This document shows positions 56,901-64,000 of a stretch of 64,000 nucleotides of DNA, in pieces. A program made the translations under genes and the position numbers. The DNA is from Curvularia clavata. Its lineage: Eukaryota. The notes beneath the pieces were generated by a model. That model made no database searches, had not been told where the DNA came from, and saw nothing but the letters and a program-made list of their open reading frames with translations. Location: contig CP089275.1 in assembly GCA_023920165.1 (NCBI GenBank), forward strand, positions 5,766,001 through 5,830,000. The letters run 5' to 3'. How positions within the stretch are numbered: position 1 is the first letter of the stretch; every line of letters begins with the position of its first letter.

Positions 56901-59900
56901 AGGCGGTGTGTGCAAGAGACGCCAGTCTTACTTATGCAGAAGTGCAAAGATATTCAGATGCATTGGCTGCGTATCTTGTTCTTCAAGGAGTTGGCCCAGA
57001 GGTCCTTGTCCCCTTTTGCTTCGAAAAGTCGGCATGGACTGTTGTCACCATGCTGGCTATCTCGAAAGCTGGAGGAGCGTTTGTCCCGCTAGAAGGATCA
57101 TACCCAGTGAGTTGGCTCACTAATGTAATCGAACAGATAAGCGCACATATAGTGGTCACATCACCGGAAATGGCACATGTGTGCTCTCAGTTGCCCGCCA
57201 AAACAGTGGAAGTATCACGCAAGTTCCTTGATGCTTTACCAGAAAGCACTGTACAGCAAAATGTCAAATTGGCGGATGCGGCATACGTGATATTTACTTC
57301 TGGTAGTACGGGAACACCCAAGGGTGTAATCATGGAGCATGGCGCCTTTAGCCGTGGCGTCACTGACCATGGCTACATCCTAAGATTGGGGGCAGCATCG
57401 CGTGCCTTGAACTTTGCTTCGGATGTCTTCGACGCAAGGTGAGGCTACTCCAACTTTATGAATTGTCTTTGAATCTAACGCAAAACAGTATCACTGAAAC
57501 CATTACAACCTTAGTGCATGGAGGCTGCGTGTGCGTACCATCAGCAGCAGAACGAACTGGTGACCTCGTATCTGCCATGACGCGAATGAAGGTCAACTGG
57601 GCATTCTTCACAACCTCGTTCCTTTACACATTAAGTTCAGAAAACTTACCACATCTGGAAACCATAGTGGTTGGTGGCGAGCCTATAAGTGCCGAGATAT
57701 TCCAGGCATGGGCTGACAAGGTATGTCTCATTGAGGGGTACGGTCCAGCAGAGTGCTGCATCTATTCCACAGCTGCGGTGAATGTAAAACCTTCTGATAG
57801 TCCCACGAATATCGGACGAGCAACGTCTGGACATTGCTGGATTGTTGATGCACAGGATCACAACCAGCTGGCTAGTATAGGTAGCGTCGGAGAGCTCCTG
57901 ATCGAGGCTCCCACTCTCGCCCGCGGATACCTCAACGATCCCACCAAGACTGCGGCTGTTTTCGTTGAGGACTTGGCATGGGCAGCTGCTACAGGGACCG
58001 TACCTCGGCGCATGTATAAGACAGGCGACCTTGCTAAGTACAACCATGACGGAACCATAGAGTTTGTTGGTCGGAAAGACACACAGGTGAAGCTGCGTGG
58101 TCAACGCGTTGAACTAACACTCATTGAGCATCATGTCCGCAAGGTTTTACCGGACTTAGTGCATGTTGCCGTTGAGGTTATCACAACGGCTAGTGATAAG
58201 GTACGTTCTCTGATACATGTTACAGTGCATCTCGCTGATTGTGTGCCCCGATTTCTAGATACAACTGCTCGCTGCTTTTTTGGAATTCAAGGATTCTACC
58301 ACCGATATGCATCTATCTGGAGAGCTTCGATCTACGTTGATCGAGGCACAACGCAACTTGAGCAAGCAGATTCCACGACATATGATTCCTTCTCTCTTCC
58401 TACCCCTTGCGGCAATGCCTCTATCTGCCTCGGGAAAGATCAATCGCCGAGAACTTCGGAACAAAGGTGCAAATCTCTCCAAACAGCAGATTGCCTTGTT
58501 TTCCTTAACTGCTAATGACAAGCGGCCCCCTTCGACAAAGAACGAGTCCACCTTACAACTCTTTTGGGCAGATCTTCTGCGCATACCAATAGATTCAATT
58601 GGTATCGATGATGGTTTCTACCAACTAGGTGGAGACTCCATTCTTGCCATGCGCTTGGCTACACTGGCCAGAGAACAAGGTCTCGATTTGAATGTGCAGA
58701 CGATTCTCAAAAGCTCCTCATTAAGCGAGATGGCCTCTCTTGCACATGCAATCCACGAACACGAGGAATATAGCATCAAGCCCTTCGCGCTTGTAGATGG
58801 GTGTGAAAAACTGCAAGAGCAACTGGAAACACTACACAACATCGATGGCACCCTAATCGAAGACGCATACGCATGCACCCCACTTCAAGAAGGCCTTGTG
58901 GCACTATCGGCCAGATATTCTGGTACCTATGTCGCTCAATTCGTGTTCAAGCTTCATCCTTTCATCGATCTGGCTCGGTTCAAACAGTGCTGGGAATCAT
59001 TGGTCTGTCGGCACGCCATTCTTCGAACAGTTATTGCGAATGTAGATGGTACATCGCTGCAGCTGGTTCAAAAACCGTTCTCAATTAGCTGGCTAGCTCA
59101 CTTCAGTCTCAGTGAATATCTGGATGAAGACCGAGCTTCTCCAATGGACACGATGCAACATCTTGCCAGGTACGGCATCGTGAGTGACCGAGATGGTCAA
59201 ATCTTCTTCGTATGGACAGCGCATCATGCTATATACGACGGATGGACTGTCGATTTACTTTTCTCTGAGTTGAAACAGATGTACAATGGGACGCTCATAA
59301 CTTCTCTGCCTCCTGTACAACCGTTTGCCAAAGTTGCAAAATACGTCAGTAGCCTTGACGCGGACAACAGTGCTCAATACTGGAGAGATCAGCTCACGGA
59401 TAAAGACCATGCTGTATTCCCAGATACTTCGTTATCGAAAGAAGATCCCATTGCTAACGCGACCTATACACACACGATTACGATGTCACGAACACACAAT
59501 TCGACAGTTGCAATGTCGACTCTGATAAGATCAGCCTGCGCTGTTGTACTTTCTAGCTATGCGAACTCCAAGGATATAGTATTTGGGGAAATTTTATCTG
59601 GTAGGGATATTCCCGTTTCTGGAGTGGCTAGCATCGCAGGACCGCTCATCACAACGGTTCCCGTTTCCGTCTCCTTGGACTTTGAACAACGCACCTCCAG
59701 GTTCCTTAAGCAAATGCAGGTACAAGCAGCAGACATGATCCCTCACCAGTATTTTGGGCTGCAGAAGATTCGCCAGCTCGGCCCAGAGTGTAGCAGCGCT
59801 AGCAACTTCACAACGTTGCTCGTCATTCAGCCCGCCAACGAGTCTGCTGATGTCGTCGAGATGTGGGAGCAGGAAGAAGCGGCGACAGCCACCTCGGGGT

Positions 59901-62900
59901 TCTTAAATTATCCGCTTGTACTCGAAGCCGCGCTTACCAGCTCCGGATTGAAACTGAATATCCTTCATGCCACGTCCATCCTATCGAGGGAGCAAGTCGA
60001 CCGCATAGCTCACCAATTTGAACATGTGCTACGACAACTGAGTGATGGAGAGCGATCTGAAGCCACTCTGGCAGACACTGACGTGTTTTCCTTGCGCGAC
60101 AAGCAAGATCTATCAGCCTGGAACGGCGATCAACTTTCGACATTTTCAACTACCATTCACTCCATGGTTGGCAATCGCGTAGCTTTACAAGGAGATTCCA
60201 TCGCCGTATACGCCAAACAAACAAGCCTATCTTTCAACGAGCTTGACGTTCTATCAACCAAACTCATGCATCACCTTGCGAAACTGGGTGTCAAACGTGG
60301 AGAGCGAGTCCCGCTTCTGTTCAGAAAATCACCATGGATGATCGTTGCTGCCTTGGCTGTGCTTAAGATTGGGGCAGCATACATCCCACTGGACCCCAAG
60401 TTCCCGAAAAGCCGCAACGATTATGTTGTGAGAAAAGTTTCCGCAAAGGTCCTGCTTGTGGGAGATGGCTGTGAGGGTTTCAGGGATGATGAGGTGTTGG
60501 TCAATCAAAACACGTGCGAAGGCTACGAAATTGAGAATGCTGTGTGGGCACTACGCGAAGGTGACCCATCCGATGCAGCATGTATAATCTTTACATCTGG
60601 AACGACTGGCCAACCCAAGGGTGTCATCCTTTCTCACGCTTCACTTTGCAGCAGCATCCGCAGTATCGTGTCCAGGATGAACATGAACAGGCAATCCAGG
60701 GTTCTCCAGTTTGCGGGATATATTTTCGACGCTAGTATCTTGGAGATCTGGGGCACGCTCATGTGTGGCGCCACCGTTTGCATTCCTGATGAGACGGATC
60801 GACTCAACCGCCTCGCCGGCGTCATCAACGAGATGGATGTCAATTGGATGTTTCTAACACCCACCGTAGCCTCAATGCTGGCTCCATATGACGTTCCGAC
60901 TTTACGCACACTCGTATTGGGCGGTGAAAAGTTGACAAAGGAAGTGATTGACAGATGGAGTACTCACGTTCATCTCATCAACGGCTACGGCCCAGCAGAG
61001 ACATCCATCTTCACGGCGTGTACTGGCCCATTGTCGCCACTGTCTAATCCCGAAAACATTGGGCGCGGCGTGGGCAGTCGCATCTGGATCGTTGATCCAA
61101 AGGACCCTGCTCGTTTGACCCCACCTGGTGGCGTTGGAGAAATCTTAGTAGAAGGGCCTGGAGTATCAAATGGCTACGTGGGCGAGCCCGAGAAAACAGC
61201 TGCTGTCTTCATCGAACGTCCCAGCTGGCACAAAAATATGATGCTCGATCTAGTCTCGCCTGCATGCCGCATGTACAGGACGGGAGACTTGGGGCATTTT
61301 GACTCGGAGGGAAACATTCATATTGTCGGGCGAAGGGATAATCAGGTGAAGATACACGGACAGCGTGTGGAGCTAGGCGATGTCGAAATGGCGTTGTTGG
61401 CTTCATTACCACAAGGCTGGAGGGCGATTGCAGGAGAGAGAGAAGCAAGAATCACGGCGTTCATCTTGAGAGGTGGGGAAGAGACGGGAGATGGTGCGCG
61501 ACTAGTGTCAGGGACGGAAGAGACCAAGAAACTGGCGTTGTCATTGCGCCGCAAAGTGGGAACTCTACTGCCTGCCTACATGATTCCATCGGAGTTTGTC
61601 CTTGTGAGCCCAGTTCCATTGACGGCGGGCGGTAAGGTAGACAGGCAAGCCGTGTTGAGACTTGGAGACCGTATTGAGTCGCAACATCTTTTGGATTACG
61701 ACGAAGCAATTGAAGCACCTCGAACCGCCAACGAGAGTAAGTATCACATGTCTTATATCTTCTAGATGCTAATTACTGACTGGTGCTATAGGAATGCTCC
61801 AGTGCATATGGGCCTCTGTCCTTCAAGTGAAGGAAGAAGAGATTGGCATCCATTCCAATTTCATCCACCTCGGTGCGGATTCTATTGCTGCTATGAGACT
61901 TGTGCAAGCCGTGCGAGCTGCCGGACATGCGCTCAGTGTCCAAGAAATCTTTACGTCACCGTTACTGTGCGACATGGCGCAACGTGTAGAGTCCGGGGAG
62001 AAGGACAAGGAGAAGCAGAAGCAGCAAACCGAGTCTCAAGACAATGAGGATGATCAGGCCACATGTCTCAAGGGTCTATACGCAACAGCAGAGATCGCGG
62101 CGGACAATGTGGCCAAAGTATGTGCGGCCACCGACTACCAATCCTACGCGCTAGCTAGCGGCCACCTGCGTACCAGAGGCTACAACAACTACCTTGTCTA
62201 CGACATTGCCGGCCCACTGGACGTAGCGCGTCTTCATCGGGCTTGCCAGCAGGTAGTTGACCAGCACGAAATCCTACGGACGGTATTTGTAGTGCGCGAA
62301 CGCCAGCTGGTCCAAGTGGTGTTGAAGCATATGTCTGCCCGCATCGAATATCCGTCTCGAGTGGAGGGGCTGAGCACACTGATCAGCGACGACGGCAACG
62401 AAGAGATGAAGCTTGCCAGCAGCCCTGTCAAGTTTATGATTATGCGACAAGCCGGCGACCGAAATCGCCTGGTGATGCGCATCTCGCACGCGCAGTACGA
62501 CGGCATAAGCTTGCCCATCTTGCTAGATGACCTTTCGGCGGCGTATGCAGGCCGCAGGATGCACAGTAGCCTGCCTTTCTCATCCTTCGTGCGCAGTGAG
62601 TGCGAGCGTCAGCAGCTTGACGGTTCTGATGGTGCTGCTGCTGCTCAGCAGCACTGGAAGGAATGCCTTGCAGGGGCGCGCATGGCGGAAATTGTCGTGC
62701 ACAAAGGGCCATCGTATCGCTACGCCATGGATGCTACCAAAACCCACACCGTCTCTCCGCACATGCAGGGACTGCCCTATACGTTTGCAACGGTGCTGCA
62801 AACAGCATGGGCGCTGGTGCTGGCCGAGCTTGGCGGGCGCAACGATGTCGTCTTTGGTTACATTGCGTCGGGCCGAAGCACGCTTACGGGCGGCACCGTC

Positions 62901-63695
62901 GTGGGGCCGTGTATGAACATCCTTCCTATGCGCATCAGGGTCCCCGTCTCTGCACATGATGCGCCGCTGGATACGGAACCTTTCCTCTCGCAGGTGCAGT
63001 CGCAATACCTGGCCAACATCCCCTTTGAGCACTACGGCTTCCGCCATGTCATCGAGGCCTGCACCGACTGGCCGCCGTGGACACGCTTCTCGTCGGTCGT
63101 GCAGCACAACAACCTGCCCGCCTGGCCAGCGTCAAGCGCCAAGCAGCAACAGCCCGACGGCACCGTCTGGCATTTCTCATCATACACGCCCCCGCATGAT
63201 GCCGCTGACGTGTGGGTGAGTTCGACGCCATCGCCAACCGGACGTGGCTTCACTGTCAACCTCGACTATAGCCACCAGGCCATGCCTGATGGCGTCGCCT
63301 CCACTATGCTCGAGCTGCTGTGTCGCTACATTGAGACACTCACGAGTGCTGCGGACCCACCAGCGCCTCGCCGTGCTCCTCTCCAAGTGCTCCCCACACT
63401 GCCGCTCGAGCACAAGACGTGGACGCCGCCAGACTCGCCTCCTGTCAACGAGGGCCCTTCAGACCCCTACAAGCTCGTCAACACGGTCTGGGACACGGTG
63501 CTGGGTGTCGACAGCGCTATCGATGGCAACACACCCTTCTTCGAAATCTGGGGCGACGCGATACTGGCCGCCGCCTGCCTCAGCGAGCAGTACCGTCGCA
63601 TGGGTCTGGCCGTTTCAACGGAAAATGTCATCGACCGCCCCACCAAGCGGTTACAGGTGCTGATGCTCGGAGGCGAAATTGACCACGTAGCCTGA
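46918..63695 (+). CDS. Five-module NRPS: A-T-C-A-T-C-A-T-C-A-T-C-A-T-CT-(T-like), about 5454 aa
   Basis: Five A domains (SG(S/T)TGxPK; YG(P/V)xE; RTGD/KTGD). T motifs are YGDS, GGDS, GGDS, GGDS and GADS. C motifs are HHSIYDG, HHALYDG, HHSTYDG and HHAIYDG, with terminal SHAQYDG. Introns at 47893-48016, 51117-51173, 56171-56239, 57439-57488, 58201-58258 and 61737-61791 give 16365 nt in frame. Confidence 0.95.
47921..47983. repeat. (CA)n microsatellite in NRPS intron 1
   Basis: About 30 CA units with interruptions, lying between the GTAAGT donor at 47893 and the TAG acceptor at 48016. Confidence 0.95.
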
Positions 63696-64000
63696 TTGTG
63701 CGACGGTGAGCTAACGCAGCATGCTCCTGAAGGATGTATCTAGAGACTATGGACAGAGTGCAAACTGGAGAGAGTGGGTGCAAAAATATGTCGACGATCC
63801 CAAAATAGAGGTAAAAAAAAGGCCAAGTAAATTAAGCGATATGTCTGTAATCGTATATAGGTTTCCAATTGGCCAGAATTCACAGCATCCTCATGCACAA
63901 CTCATGATATACCAAGGATGCTCTCTGCGAGTCCATGTCGTGGGCCTGGGTGTAGCACTAGCATCGTCAGGACGATCTAGAACACGGTCAAGAGCCGCAT

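Noticed and set aside
46918..63695. Assignment to cyclochlorotine/astin, sansalvamide, malformin, apicidin or cavinafungin synthetases
   Set aside because: There are no DUF3328 genes in the window, no hydroxy-acid module, no E domains and no terminal reductase, and the module count differs from the tetrapeptides. No sequence-level match can be established without a search.

Overview
Filamentous-ascomycete genomic DNA, judged from GT-AG introns with CTRAC branch points, RIP-mutated transposons and fungal gene families. The left part (1-27 kb) is an accessory, TE-rich region. It holds a C2H2/zf-3CxxC gene truncated by the window edge, a divergent FDC1/PAD1 pair and two small secreted proteins. 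It also holds an Mx/dynamin-like GTPase that splices in frame into an FG-like tail ending in a Nup98/Nup116-type GLEBS motif, a full-length RIP-degenerated Ty3/Gypsy chromovirus carrying an antisense intron-containing extra gene, and an intact Fot1/pogo transposon inserted in a RIP-destroyed NACHT (NLR) relic. The right part (28-64 kb) is an NRPS biosynthetic gene cluster that I cannot match to a known product. It comprises a 5-module NRPS with a terminal CT domain (predicted cyclic pentapeptide), a divergent ABCC exporter, two IPNS-like 2OG-Fe(II) dioxygenases (one apparently damaged), a REI1/TRI15-like zinc-finger gene, and a single-polypeptide fusion of pyrroline-5-carboxylate reductase and Zn-dependent alcohol dehydrogenase. 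That enzyme set mirrors the bacterial NosE/NosF route to methylproline. A TGTCA(G/T)CA / TGCTGACA motif recurs upstream of the cluster genes. Exon boundaries were read by eye and no database searches were run.
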